Positions 40,660 through 50,888 of a DNA stretch of 64,000 nucleotides are shown piece after piece (position 1 is the stretch's first letter; the number at the start of each line of letters is the position of its first letter). The stretch comes from an uncultured Acidobacteriota bacterium (lineage in GTDB: Bacteria; Acidobacteriota; Thermoanaerobaculia; Gp7-AA8): contig CAWGHO010000001.1 of NCBI GenBank assembly GCA_963822445.1, forward strand, positions 704,001-768,000, written 5' to 3'. The position numbers were made by a program, and so were the translations under genes. The notes beneath the pieces are model-generated. The model worked only from the letters and a program-made list of their open reading frames with translations, was not told where the DNA came from and made no database searches.

Positions 40660-42705
40660 ATGGCGGCACGACGACGGGCCCGGAAATCTTCACCACGTTC
40701 ACGGATGCTGGTTACAGCCGAGGAACATCCGGCACCCACGATTGCCCTCGCCGGCACGGACGGCAGCACGCCGAAGCTCGATGCGATGCCGGATCCGCTC
40801 GACTTCCGCGATCAGCTTTTCGCGCCGACGCTCGTCGAGGTCCCGCGCCGGATCACGCTCGATTCGTATCGTGCGGCGGGTGTGCCGATCCTCAACCAGG
40901 GAAGCGAGGGCGCCTGCACCGGCTTCGGCCTCGCCACCGTCGCGCACTACCTCCTGTTGCGCCGCACCCAGGACGCCGATCGCGTACGAGTGAGCTCGCG
41001 CATGCTTTACGAGATGGCCAAGCGCTACGACGAATGGCCGGGAGAAAACTACAGCGGCTCGAGCGCGCGCGGTGCGATGAAGGGGTGGCACAAGCACGGA
41101 GTCTGCAGCGAAGACATCTGGCCCTACAACCCGGCCGACCCCGATCGCCGGTTCACGACGACGCGCGCCGGGGACGCGGTGAATCGGCCGCTCGGTGCCT
41201 ACTACCGCGTCAACCACAAGGACCTCATCGCGATGCATTCCGCGATCGCGGAGGTGGGCATCCTCTACGCTACGGGCGTAGTCCACGAAGGCTGGAACAA
41301 CATCGACGAGGAAGGGGTGATCCCCTTCCCCAACAAACGCCTCGGCGGCCACGCCTTCGCCATCGTTGCCTACGATGACCGCGGCTTCTGGATCCAGAAC
41401 TCGTGGGGTCCGGCCTGGGGACGTGACGGATTCGCGCTGATCACCTATGACGACTGGCTGGCCAACAGCACCGACGTCTGGGTTGCCCGTCTCGGTGCGC
41501 CGGTGAAACTTCGATTTGCAGCCGCGGTCGCGACAGCCATCTCCAGCGTCGCCAAGTCCTCGGACACGTACGCGTTCTGCGAGCTGCGGCCGCACATCGT
41601 CAGTCTCGGCAACGACGGCCGATTCCGCACCAGTGGGACCTTCGGCACGGACGAACAGGACGTCCAGGACATCCTCGCCAAGGACTATCCGAAGATCACG
41701 AAGGACTGGAAGACGAAACGGGTATTGCTGTACGCGCACGGAGGCCTGGTCGGCGAAGACGGCGCCATTCAGCGCGTTGCCGAATACCGCGCGGCGCTTC
41801 TGAAAAACGAGGTCTATCCGCTGAGCTTCATCTGGAAAACCGACTACTGGACGACGTTGAAGAATGTCCTCAACGACGCCGCCAACCGTCGCCGGCCGGA
41901 AGGGTTCATCGACAGTACCAAGGACTTTCTCCTCGACCGCCTCGATGACGCGCTCGAGCCGCTGGCCCGCGCGCTCACCGGCAAGCTCCAGTGGGATGAG
42001 ATGAAGGAGAACGCCCTCCGTTCCACGACCACGAAAGAGGGTGGACTCGGAATCACCGCGAAGCTCCTCTCGAAGCTGGTGGTCAAGGACGGCGCCGAGA
42101 TCCACCTGGTCGCGCACAGCGCGGGAGCCATTCTCTTCGCTCCTCTCATCCAGGTTCTCACCAAACTCGGGCTGAAAATCGCCAGTTGCACGTTATGGGC
42201 TCCCGCGCTGACCGTCGAGCTCTTCAAGGAGACCTACCTGCCTGCCATCCGAGCCGGCGCAATCAAGAAATTCACGCTCTTCACGCTCACCGATGAAGCC
42301 GAGCAGGACGATCACTGCGCGCACGTCTACCACAAGTCCCTTCTCTACCTCGTCAGCAACGCATTCGAGAGCCGCGTACGCATCCCGATCTTCCGCGATG
42401 GCGTGCCGATCCTCGGCATGGAGAAGTTCATCCGCAAGGACCCCGAGCTGACGAAACTCTTCAAGCTGGCGAAGGCCGAATGGATCATGTCGCCGAATGC
42501 GGAGGTAGGCACGGATCGTCACTCGACCTCGAGCTCACACGGCGGGTTCGATGACGATGGCCCGACCGTCCGCTCGACGCTCAACCGGATCATCGGCGCG
42601 CCGCAGGAGCCGGCCATCGCGACCATTCCGAAATTCGCTCGCACCGCGTCGTCCATGCGCGACACGCGGGCCCAGCTGGCGCGGGTGGGAGGGGCGGAGC
42701 AGTAG
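40660..42705 (+). CDS. Papain-like (C1A) cysteine peptidase fused to alpha/beta-hydrolase-like domain
   Basis: NQGSEGACTGF, GGHAF, IQNSWG; then YAHGGL, VAHSAG, SHGGFD; RBS GGAGG. Confidence 0.85.
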   Translation: MAARRRARKSSPRSRMLVTAEEHPAPTIALAGTDGSTPKLDAMPDPLDFRDQLFAPTLVEVPRRITLDSYRAAGVPILNQGSEGACTGFGLATVAHYLLLRRTQDADRVRVSSRMLYEMAKRYDEWPGENYSGSSARGAMKGWHKHGVCSEDIWPYNPADPDRRFTTTRAGDAVNRPLGAYYRVNHKDLIAMHSAIAEVGILYATGVVHEGWNNIDEEGVIPFPNKRLGGHAFAIVAYDDRGFWIQNSWGPAWGRDGFALITYDDWLANSTDVWVARLGAPVKLRFAAAVATAISSVAKSSDTYAFCELRPHIVSLGNDGRFRTSGTFGTDEQDVQDILAKDYPKITKDWKTKRVLLYAHGGLVGEDGAIQRVAEYRAALLKNEVYPLSFIWKTDYWTTLKNVLNDAANRRRPEGFIDSTKDFLLDRLDDALEPLARALTGKLQWDEMKENALRSTTTKEGGLGITAKLLSKLVVKDGAEIHLVAHSAGAILFAPLIQVLTKLGLKIASCTLWAPALTVELFKETYLPAIRAGAIKKFTLFTLTDEAEQDDHCAHVYHKSLLYLVSNAFESRVRIPIFRDGVPILGMEKFIRKDPELTKLFKLAKAEWIMSPNAEVGTDRHSTSSSHGGFDDDGPTVRSTLNRIIGAPQEPAIATIPKFARTASSMRDTRAQLARVGGAEQ

Positions 42706-42722
42706 GCGCTAGCGCCAAAACG

Positions 42723-42750
42723 AAACGAGCCGCCTTTCGGCGGCTCGTTT
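42723..42750. terminator. Bidirectional intrinsic terminator
   Basis: AAACGAGCCGCC-TTTC-GGCGGCTCGTTT between convergent peptidase gene and tRNA. Confidence 0.8.
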
Positions 42751-42765
42751 GAGTTTGGGTCTTTT

Positions 42766-42841
42766 TGGTGGAGCTGGACGGGATCGAACCGACGACCTCC
42801 TCATTGCGAACGAGGCGCTCTCCCAACTGAGCTACAGCCCC
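42766..42841 (-). tRNA. tRNA-Ala (anticodon CGC)
   Basis: GGGGCTGTAGCTCAGTTGGGAGAGCGCCTCGTTCGCAATGAGGAGGTCGTCGGTTCGATCCCGTCCAGCTCCACCA, 76 nt with CCA. Confidence 0.97.
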
Positions 42842-42898
42842 ACTTTCGTGGAAAGTACCGCTGCTAACGCGCGCGGATTCTAAGTTTCTTCCCGCCCG

Positions 42899-45800
42899 TC
42901 AAGCAAGCCTCGAGGACCGTACTGCCGCCACGGCCAGGAACGCCGCCAGCAGCATGAGCATCCACTCCGAGAGCGTCGGGATGTCATTTGCCGCGGTTGC
43001 GGTGTCATTGTCGAGAATGGTCCCGGTCGCCGATCCGTCAGCGATCGTCGCACCGGTGGGATTGGTCAGAGTAACGTCCACCGTCTCCGCCGGCTCGACC
43101 GCGGCGTCGTCGACGACGCTGACGACCACCGATTCCTCGGTATCCCCCGCGAGGAACGTCACCGTACCGCTCGAGGGCGCGTAGTCCGCTCCTGCCGTCG
43201 CGTCGCCGCCGCCGGTCGACCACTGCACCGTAACCGTGACCCCGCTCGGCTGCGAAAGCCTGACCGCGAACGTGAGCGCGCCGTTCTCGGAGGCCGTCGC
43301 GTCGTCGATCGTGATCGTCGGCGGCGGATCGTCGTTGGTGATCGTGGCGACCGCGCTTCCGTCGAAGATGACGGCGTTGGTGGCGTTCGACAGCGTGACG
43401 GTGAACGTTTCGTCGGACTCGAACGTGGCGTCGTTCGCGCCGAGGTTGATTACGATCGTCTGGGTCGTCTCGCCGGGGTTGAATGTCAGCGTTCCGCTGG
43501 ACGGCGTGTAGTCCGTCGAGCCGTCCGCGGTGCCCGGCGAGTTCGCCCAATCCACCGTGACCGGCACCGCCGAGGCGTTCGACAGCGTGACCGTGAGGCT
43601 GATCGTGCCGGCACCTTCGCCGGCCGACGCGTTGTCGATGATGATGTTTGGTGCGGACTCGTCGTCGAAGATCGTGCCCATGCCCGATGGATCGGCGAAC
43701 GAGGCGTTCACCGCATTGGCGAGATTCACGTTCAGGGTCTCGCTCCCCTCGGTGATGGAGTCGCCGAGGAGTGTCACGTCCACTGTCTGCGTGGTCGTGT
43801 TGGGAGCGAAGGTGGCAGTGCCGCTCGCGGCCGTGTAGTCATTGCCCGCGGTTGCTGTGCCGTCGGCGGTCGTCCAGTCGACCGTGATCGTCTGCGAGCT
43901 CGGGCTCGAGAGCGTGATCGTGAAGCTGAGGCTCGCCGAGCTCTCCGACGCCGACGGGTTGTCGATCGTGATCGTCGGCGGCTCGTCGTCGTTCGTGATC
44001 GTCCCGGTTGCCGTTGCGGCGGAGATCGTGGCGTTGCCGGGGTTGGTCAGCGTCACGGCCATCGTTTCATCGGACTCGAAGATGTTGTCCGCGATGATCG
44101 GCACGGTGATCGTGCCGGACAGCATCCCGGCGTTGATCGTGAGCGTGCCGGTGACCGGTGTGAAGTCCACGCCTGACGTGGCGGTAAGGCCGGTGGTGCT
44201 GTAGTCGACTGTGATGTTCTGCGCGCTGGGATTCGACAGCGCCACGGTGAAGACGAGACCCGCCGCTGCCTCGGAGGCCGAGGTCGGAATCACCTCGATC
44301 GCCGGCTGCGCGTCGTCATTCGTGATCGTGCCCGTCGCAGTTGCCGTGGAGAGCGAGCCGTTCGCGGGATTGGTCAGCGTCACGGTCATCGTCTCGTCGG
44401 TTTCGAAGGTGTTGTCGGCGAGGATCGGCACGGTGATCGTGCCGGACAGCAACCCGGCGTTGATCGTGAGCGTCCCGCTGACCGGCGTGAAGTCGACGCC
44501 CGAGGTTGCGGTTCCGCCGGTCGTGCTGTAGTCGACGGTGACGTTCTGCGAGCTCGCGTTCGAAAGCGTGACCGTGAACTCGAGGCTTGCCGCTGCCTCG
44601 GAGGCCGAGGTGGGGGCAATGGAGATTGCCGGCGCCGCTTCGTCGTCGGTGATCGTGCCCAGACCGGTGCCGTCGAGAATCGACGCCATGGTCGGATTGG
44701 ACAGAGTCACCTCGAACGTCTCGTTCGGCTCGGTGATCTCGTCGCCGAGAACGCTGACCGGCAGCGGCTTCGACGTCTCCAGAGGTGCGAACGTCAGCGT
44801 GCCGCTCGTGGCTGTGTAGTCCGTCCCCGGCGTCGCGGTTCCGCCGCCCGTGGCGTAGTCGACGGTGATCGCGAACGCGCTCGGGTGCGAGAGCGTGACC
44901 AGGAACGTCGCCGGCGTACTTCCGACGTCGCCCTCTCCTGCTCCCGCGTCGTCGATGGAGATGACCGGAGGATCATCATCGTCGACGATCGTGCCCGTCC
45001 CGCTTCCGTCAGTGATCGTGCCGTCGCTGAGCGTCATCACGACCGTCTCATCGCCCTCATCGATCAGGTCGGACGCCACGAGCACGTTGATCGTCTGCGA
45101 CACGACACCCGGATCGAAGGTGAGCGTGCCGCTGACCGCCGTGTAGTCATCGGGAGCGGTGGCCGTGCCGTCGCTGCTCGCGTAATTCACGGTCACGGTA
45201 TTCACGCTGGGATTGGAGAGCGTGACTGTGAACAGGAGAACCGACGTCCCGGCGTCCACTTCAGCCACGCTGGGATCGTCGATCGAGGCCGAGGGCGCAG
45301 GATCGTCGTTGGTGATCGTGCCGACGGCCGTCCCGTCGCTGATGGTGGCGTTCACGGGTGAGGTCAGAGTGATGTTGACCGTCTCGTCGCTCTCGAAGGT
45401 CGTGTCGCCGAGGATCGGGACGTCGATCGTGGTGGTGAGATTTCCCGCGAGGATGGTGGCCGTTCCGCTCACCGCCGTGTAATCGACGCCTGCCGTCGCG
45501 GTCCCGTCGCTCGTCGCGTAATCGACGGTGATCGTGCTCTCGCTCGGATTGGAGAGCGTGACGGTGAACGTCACGTTCGCATCCGCCTCGGACGCGGGAA
45601 CGTCGGCGATGGTGATCGAGGGAGTGGTGTCGCTGTCGGTCATGGTCACGGTCGCCGTCGACGGCGATCCGGCGATCGCGCCGCCCGTGAAAGTGCCGAG
45701 GCTGACGTCGAACGTCTCGTCGATTTCATCGATCGGGTCGTCGGTGATGGTGATGGTGAGCGTCTGCGTGACGACACCCGGGCCGAACGTCAGCGTCTGC

Positions 45801-48436
45801 GGTGTCGGATCGTAGTCGGTCGTTTCAGCCGTTCCGCCGCCCGGCGTGGCCACCGCGGTGACGGTGCCGTCGCTGCCGCCGGTGCGGTTCACGGTGAGCA
45901 TGATGCTCGTACCGGCTTCACCGACCAGGTACGTCGCGCTGTCGAACGACAGGACGCCCGGCGTGGTCACCGCCAGCTCCGCGGAAAACTCGGAGGTGTT
46001 GTGAAAGGGAGCAATGGCCGTTGCCGTAACGACCTGCCCGGGCCCCGGCGCGTTGGCCAGCGGCGCGTCGAAAGTCGCGTTGCCGCTGCCATCGGTCATG
46101 ATCACCGCGTCGCCGAGATAGATCGCACCCTCGGGATCGCCCGCGGCGTTGGCAAAGAACTCGAGCGTGAACGTCGTGCTGGGAGTGCTGTTGAGCGTTC
46201 CCGTCGCCCGGCCGTTGGGACCGGGATAAAGATACGCGCCGGTGAGTACGGGGAAGTTCTGCAACAGGTTGCCGCCGGTGTCGGGATCGCCGGCGTCGTT
46301 CGGAGTGACGCCGGGCAGCGGCAGAAGATCGATGCCGAGGCCGGCGTTCGCGGTGATGCTGTTTCGGGTGATGCGGTTCTTTTGCGAGGTCGGGGCGATG
46401 ACGACGCCGGAAACCGCGTTGTTGGCGATCAGGTTTCCGGCGCCCGGGGTCGAGCCGCCGATGAAGTTGCCGGTCAGACCGCTGGTGCCGTCGACGAGGA
46501 TGCCCGCGCCGGCGTTGCCGAGCGGCGTGATCGCGTCCGCGGCGCGACCGATGACGTTCCCCTCGATCCGCACGTCGTTGGTGCTCGTCGCACTGAATCG
46601 GATGCCGTTCGCGATGTTGCCCGAGATCACGTTGGCCGTGCCCGCGGCGGTCCCGCCGATGAGGTTGTTCGAGGGACCGCTGCCCGCGATGGCCACGCCG
46701 TCGCCGCTGTTCGGGAGCGGCGCCGCGCCGGAAATGTCCGTCCCGATGTAGTTGCCCTGCACGAAATTGGATTGGGCGGCGGAATTGATGCGCACACCGG
46801 CCGCACCGTTGCCGGAGAGGATGTTGCGGGTGAATGCAGTCGCACCGCCGACGGTGATGTTCGAGCAGACGTTCAACTGCACGCCGTCCGTGCCGTTCGG
46901 GCGAGCCAGCAGGCCGGTGATGTCCGTGCCGATGTGACTCGAAGACACCTGCGTGTTCGAGCCCCAGACGCTGACACCGGCGCCGCCATTGCCGGAGATC
47001 ACATTCATTGCGCCGGCGAAATCGCCGCCGATCCGCACGCCGAATGAATCGTTCGAGGTGACGACGACGCCGTCGTTACTGTTCGGCAGCGGAACGTTTC
47101 CTGTTGCGTCGAGGCCGATGATGTTGCCGGCCAGCGAGGCCCAGCCCGGATCGACGAGCGCCACGCCCGCCGGTCCGTCATTGCCGGAAACGACGTTCGA
47201 GCCCATGAGGAAGCGCCCTTCGGAGTAAATCCCCTCCTCAGCATTGCCACGGTCGAGCGTTCCAGTGACGTCGGTTCCGATGTAGTTGCGGTTGATGGAG
47301 TGCGCGACGGAGCCCGAGTCGATGAAGATGCCCGCTCGCGCGTTCCCTGAAATGATGTTCCGCTCCGCGGCCGTGTTTCCGCCGACGCGGATGTTGTTGC
47401 CGGTGAGGTGCACGCCATCGAGTCCGTTCTCGATGACTGTCGAGCCGTCGCTGCCGAGGCCGATGATGTTGCCTTCGACGAAGGCGAGGATGTGCCGCGT
47501 CGGGAGATCGGACAGCACGCCGTGAACGCCATTACCCGAGATGACGTTGTCCTCGGTCAGCGTATGGTCGCCGTTCATCAACACGCCGTGGCGTCCGTTG
47601 CCGCGATCGAGGAGACCGGTGATGTCCGTGCCGATGTAATTGCCTCTGATCCACGGCCCGTTTGCGCTCATGGCCGGCGTGCTCAGCTCGGAGTTGATGC
47701 CGTCGACGCCGTTCGCGGAGATGATGTTGCGGGCGGTGTCGCCGATCCAGGCCGTGTCGGCGACGTAGATGCCGTGAAGCGTATTCGGGGCCGGCGTCAC
47801 GCCATCCGGGCGCAGTCCGATGATGCAGCCGTTGATCCGCGTCCAGCCGAAAACGACGATGCCTTCGCCGGTGTTGCCGCCGATGACGCAGTCGATGACG
47901 TCGACCGTGGGTGAGGCGACGAAGATGCCGTTCTGAGTCGCGCCGGTTTCGCCGGGAGCACCTGTGACGGCGCCGATGTAACTCCGCTTCACCGTGCCGG
48001 TGGTCGAGAAGTAGACCTGGGACTGCGCGGGCCCGGTGATGATCAGCGCATCGATGATCGAGCCGGCCGCCGTGCCGCTGATCTGAAACGTGTTGATCGC
48101 TCCTGTCGCCACCACGCGCACGAGCGGCGTTCCCGCGTAACCGGGAACGGTGCTGCCGTCGATGGTGGCGACGTTGGTCAGATGGAGTCCCGCCGTCGCG
48201 ATCGTGTAGGCGGCGTTGAATCCGATCACGTCCGCATCCGGATTGGAATTCGCCTCGGTCACCGCCGCGCGAAGCGTGCACTGCGCGATCGCATCCGCGC
48301 AGATCCCGTCGCCGGGCAGCGCGTCATCGGTATCCGCGGCCGCGTTGACCGTGAAGGTCGCGGCCAGCAGGGGAAAGGAGACGAAGACGATGAAGAGGAC
48401 GAGGATCGAGCGAACGACCGAACCGGTGGAAATCAG
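42899..48436 (-). CDS. Large surface protein: CSLREA-type N-terminus, beta-helix repeats, nine Calx-beta domains, IPTL-CTERM tail
   Basis: CTLRAAVTEAN; ISGN/GNYIG repeats; nine Calx-beta units; DIPTLSEW + TM + basic end; start probably CTG at 48436. Confidence 0.88.
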   Translation of the reverse strand: MISTGSVVRSILVLFIVFVSFPLLAATFTVNAAADTDDALPGDGICADAIAQCTLRAAVTEANSNPDADVIGFNAAYTIATAGLHLTNVATIDGSTVPGYAGTPLVRVVATGAINTFQISGTAAGSIIDALIITGPAQSQVYFSTTGTVKRSYIGAVTGAPGETGATQNGIFVASPTVDVIDCVIGGNTGEGIVVFGWTRINGCIIGLRPDGVTPAPNTLHGIYVADTAWIGDTARNIISANGVDGINSELSTPAMSANGPWIRGNYIGTDITGLLDRGNGRHGVLMNGDHTLTEDNVISGNGVHGVLSDLPTRHILAFVEGNIIGLGSDGSTVIENGLDGVHLTGNNIRVGGNTAAERNIISGNARAGIFIDSGSVAHSINRNYIGTDVTGTLDRGNAEEGIYSEGRFLMGSNVVSGNDGPAGVALVDPGWASLAGNIIGLDATGNVPLPNSNDGVVVTSNDSFGVRIGGDFAGAMNVISGNGGAGVSVWGSNTQVSSSHIGTDITGLLARPNGTDGVQLNVCSNITVGGATAFTRNILSGNGAAGVRINSAAQSNFVQGNYIGTDISGAAPLPNSGDGVAIAGSGPSNNLIGGTAAGTANVISGNIANGIRFSATSTNDVRIEGNVIGRAADAITPLGNAGAGILVDGTSGLTGNFIGGSTPGAGNLIANNAVSGVVIAPTSQKNRITRNSITANAGLGIDLLPLPGVTPNDAGDPDTGGNLLQNFPVLTGAYLYPGPNGRATGTLNSTPSTTFTLEFFANAAGDPEGAIYLGDAVIMTDGSGNATFDAPLANAPGPGQVVTATAIAPFHNTSEFSAELAVTTPGVLSFDSATYLVGEAGTSIMLTVNRTGGSDGTVTAVATPGGGTAETTDYDPTPQTLTFGPGVVTQTLTITITDDPIDEIDETFDVSLGTFTGGAIAGSPSTATVTMTDSDTTPSITIADVPASEADANVTFTVTLSNPSESTITVDYATSDGTATAGVDYTAVSGTATILAGNLTTTIDVPILGDTTFESDETVNITLTSPVNATISDGTAVGTITNDDPAPSASIDDPSVAEVDAGTSVLLFTVTLSNPSVNTVTVNYASSDGTATAPDDYTAVSGTLTFDPGVVSQTINVLVASDLIDEGDETVVMTLSDGTITDGSGTGTIVDDDDPPVISIDDAGAGEGDVGSTPATFLVTLSHPSAFAITVDYATGGGTATPGTDYTATSGTLTFAPLETSKPLPVSVLGDEITEPNETFEVTLSNPTMASILDGTGLGTITDDEAAPAISIAPTSASEAAASLEFTVTLSNASSQNVTVDYSTTGGTATSGVDFTPVSGTLTINAGLLSGTITVPILADNTFETDETMTVTLTNPANGSLSTATATGTITNDDAQPAIEVIPTSASEAAAGLVFTVALSNPSAQNITVDYSTTGLTATSGVDFTPVTGTLTINAGMLSGTITVPIIADNIFESDETMAVTLTNPGNATISAATATGTITNDDEPPTITIDNPSASESSASLSFTITLSSPSSQTITVDWTTADGTATAGNDYTAASGTATFAPNTTTQTVDVTLLGDSITEGSETLNVNLANAVNASFADPSGMGTIFDDESAPNIIIDNASAGEGAGTISLTVTLSNASAVPVTVDWANSPGTADGSTDYTPSSGTLTFNPGETTQTIVINLGANDATFESDETFTVTLSNATNAVIFDGSAVATITNDDPPPTITIDDATASENGALTFAVRLSQPSGVTVTVQWSTGGGDATAGADYAPSSGTVTFLAGDTEESVVVSVVDDAAVEPAETVDVTLTNPTGATIADGSATGTILDNDTATAANDIPTLSEWMLMLLAAFLAVAAVRSSRLA

Positions 48437-48478
48437 ATTGGCTCCCGATGTGGCTGAAGTGGCGCGCCGAGTGTAGGT

Positions 48479-50017
48479 TTACTCCTCCTGCTCGTCAACG
48501 AATCGGGCAGTGAAAAGCGGCGCGAGCATGTTGTCCACCGGGGCGTAATCGTCGGTGAGCACGATCCCTCCCCGCGGGGTCACCGGATGCCCTGCGGCCG
48601 CGGCTACGATCGACCGCACTTCGGTCGACGCAACGACGACGAACGTCGATCGCGCACTCTCCACATCTTCCGGCGCCTCGGCGAGCACCGCGACATTGCT
48701 CGCGCCGAACACGGACTCCAGAGTCCGCGCGTAAGAGACGAGAAAACGGCCCTTCCCGTAGTCGTCGATCACGTTCGCTGCGAGCACGCCGTCGGGCGCC
48801 AGCAGCCGCCGCAGATGCGTGACGAGCTCCCGCGTGGTCAGGTGGTACGGCACGGACAGGTCGTTGAAAGCGTCGATGAAGATCGCGTCGTACTCCTGCC
48901 TCGCATGCATCGCGAACCAGCGCGCGTCCTCGTTGATCGTGCGGATGGCCGTCTCGCGCGCGATGCCGAAGAAGCGGTAGGCGACGCGCGTCACCGCCGG
49001 ATCGATCTCCACCACGTCGATCTCCGCGGTCGGATACTGCTGCTCGATCAGCCGCGGCAGTGTGTATCCGCCGCCGCCGATGAAGAGCACGCGGAAGACG
49101 GGCTTCCGCCGCGCGGTCCAGTCGACGACGTCGCGGAAGATGCGCAGGTATTCGTACTCGAGGAACGCCGCATCCTCGGGATCGGAATACGAATGCACGA
49201 GATGATCGAGATGCAGCGCGTGCAGCGGCCCGCCGGTGTCGTCCCGGACCGTCCGTTCGACGCGAATCGTGTAGTACTCGCTTTCCTCGAAATGCACGAT
49301 GCCGGTCGCGCCGAGCTGCATCAGCGGATCCTGATGCGGCGGCTGGATGGCGCCCGGCCACAGCCCGACAGCCGCGAGGGCGACGGCAATCAGCAACACC
49401 GCGGCCGCGCGTCCCGCTCGTCCGAAAAGATTCCCGAACAACAGCGCGGTCGCGATGAGCACCGCGGCCGTGCCGATCAAGGTCGCGCGTGTACCGAATC
49501 GAGCGATGAGGAAGAAGCCGGTCGTGAATGTGCCCGCGATGGAGCCGAGCGTCGAGAAGGCGTAAATCTTCCCCACCGTGCGACCGGTCGTTGCGAGATC
49601 GCGTACGGCGATCTTCACCGCGACGGGGGAGATCATGCCGAGGAAGAACGAGGGGAGAAAAAAGAGGACGAAGGAGAGCAGGACGACGCGCTGAAGAAGA
49701 GTCGTCGCGATGCCGTAGTTGGTCAGGAGTCCATCGTCGGCGGCGAGGAAGTCCGTGGCCGGCGCGATGAGCATCGCCGTGATCCCCGCGGCCAGCAGCA
49801 ACCAGCCCAGCGTCGACTCCGCGGGCCGCCGATCGGCCAGCCAGCCGCCCGCGTACGCACCGGCGCTGATTCCGGCCAGTACGACTCCGATGATGCTCGT
49901 CCAGGTGTAGAGCGAGACGCCGACGTACGGCGCGAGCACGCGTCCGGCCACGAGCTCGATGACCAGCGTGCAGAACGACGCGATGAAGACGACGACCGCG
50001 GCGCGCACGATGCTCAT
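48479..50017 (-). CDS. Membrane-fused spermidine synthase-like methyltransferase
   Basis: N-terminal TMs, FIGGGGY, VEIDP, EDAR, IDAF, LTDDYAP. Confidence 0.88.
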   Translation of the reverse strand: MSIVRAAVVVFIASFCTLVIELVAGRVLAPYVGVSLYTWTSIIGVVLAGISAGAYAGGWLADRRPAESTLGWLLLAAGITAMLIAPATDFLAADDGLLTNYGIATTLLQRVVLLSFVLFFLPSFFLGMISPVAVKIAVRDLATTGRTVGKIYAFSTLGSIAGTFTTGFFLIARFGTRATLIGTAAVLIATALLFGNLFGRAGRAAAVLLIAVALAAVGLWPGAIQPPHQDPLMQLGATGIVHFEESEYYTIRVERTVRDDTGGPLHALHLDHLVHSYSDPEDAAFLEYEYLRIFRDVVDWTARRKPVFRVLFIGGGGYTLPRLIEQQYPTAEIDVVEIDPAVTRVAYRFFGIARETAIRTINEDARWFAMHARQEYDAIFIDAFNDLSVPYHLTTRELVTHLRRLLAPDGVLAANVIDDYGKGRFLVSYARTLESVFGASNVAVLAEAPEDVESARSTFVVVASTEVRSIVAAAAGHPVTPRGGIVLTDDYAPVDNMLAPLFTARFVDEQEE

Positions 50018-50886
50018 GGCGCTTCCACGACGAACTCGGCGAAATCGCTCGCCGCTTCTGTGTTGGGAAACACGGCCCTCGCCTCTTCGAGCAGAGGAGC
50101 CACGTCGCGATAGCGGGTCGAAAAGTGCGTGAGGATCAGCCGCGAGACGCCCGCGCCTGCCGCGACGCGCGCGGCCTCGGCCGCAGTCGCGTGAAAGCGG
50201 TCGTGCGCTTCGACGCGCATGTCATCGCCGTACGTGGCCTCGTGGATGAGCACACCAGCATTCCGCGAGAGCTCTTCCGCGGCCGCGCAAGGCCGCGTGT
50301 CGGTGCAGTAGACGATGCGCCGCCCGCGCCGCGAAGGTCCGGTGACGCGAGGATCGTGAGCGCGCTGCAACTCACCCCACTGCGGGCCTTCCGGAATCCC
50401 CAGCGCACGCGCCCGTTCCGGATCGAACGTACCGGGACGGTCGTCCTCGATGAGGCAATACGCGAAACAAGGCAGGGTGTGCTCGACGGGCGCGGCCACG
50501 ACGCTGAATCCCTCACCGCGATACGGCGGCGAGGAGATGCGAACGGGAAAGATCGGATTGTGCTGCGTGGTCCTGAGCGTGGCCTCGAGATACTCGCGCG
50601 TCCCCTCGGGGCCGATGAGATCGAGCGGCCGCTCGCGACCATTCATCGACATCGACGCGAGCAGTCCCGGCAACCCGTAAACATGATCGCCATGCAGATG
50701 CGTGAGAAAGATCGCCTCGATCGCGCCGCTCCGCACCGGCGCCCGCAACAATTGATGTTGCGTTCCCTCCCCGCAGTCGAAGAGAAGGACCGTCCCATCG
50801 AGCACCATCGCCACCGCGGCGACATTGCGCTCCCGCGACGGCGTGCCGGCGGACGTGCCGAGGAAGACGATGCGGAGGTCTTGCAT
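50014..50886 (-). CDS. rnz: Ribonuclease Z
   Basis: FLGTSAG.P, DCGEGTQ, THLHGDH, DTRP, HEAT, THFS.RY. Confidence 0.92.
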   Translation of the reverse strand: MQDLRIVFLGTSAGTPSRERNVAAVAMVLDGTVLLFDCGEGTQHQLLRAPVRSGAIEAIFLTHLHGDHVYGLPGLLASMSMNGRERPLDLIGPEGTREYLEATLRTTQHNPIFPVRISSPPYRGEGFSVVAAPVEHTLPCFAYCLIEDDRPGTFDPERARALGIPEGPQWGELQRAHDPRVTGPSRRGRRIVYCTDTRPCAAAEELSRNAGVLIHEATYGDDMRVEAHDRFHATAAEAARVAAGAGVSRLILTHFSTRYRDVAPLLEEARAVFPNTEAASDFAEFVVEAP

Positions 50887-50888
50887 TC

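Noticed and set aside
38094-40769. 891-aa minus-strand ORF and other long antisense ORFs
   Set aside because: Antisense shadows of well-supported genes, with Arg/Ala-rich composition and no motifs.
42766-42841. Prophage or ICE integrated at tRNA-Ala
   Set aside because: No integrase, phage genes or duplicated tRNA 3' end seen.
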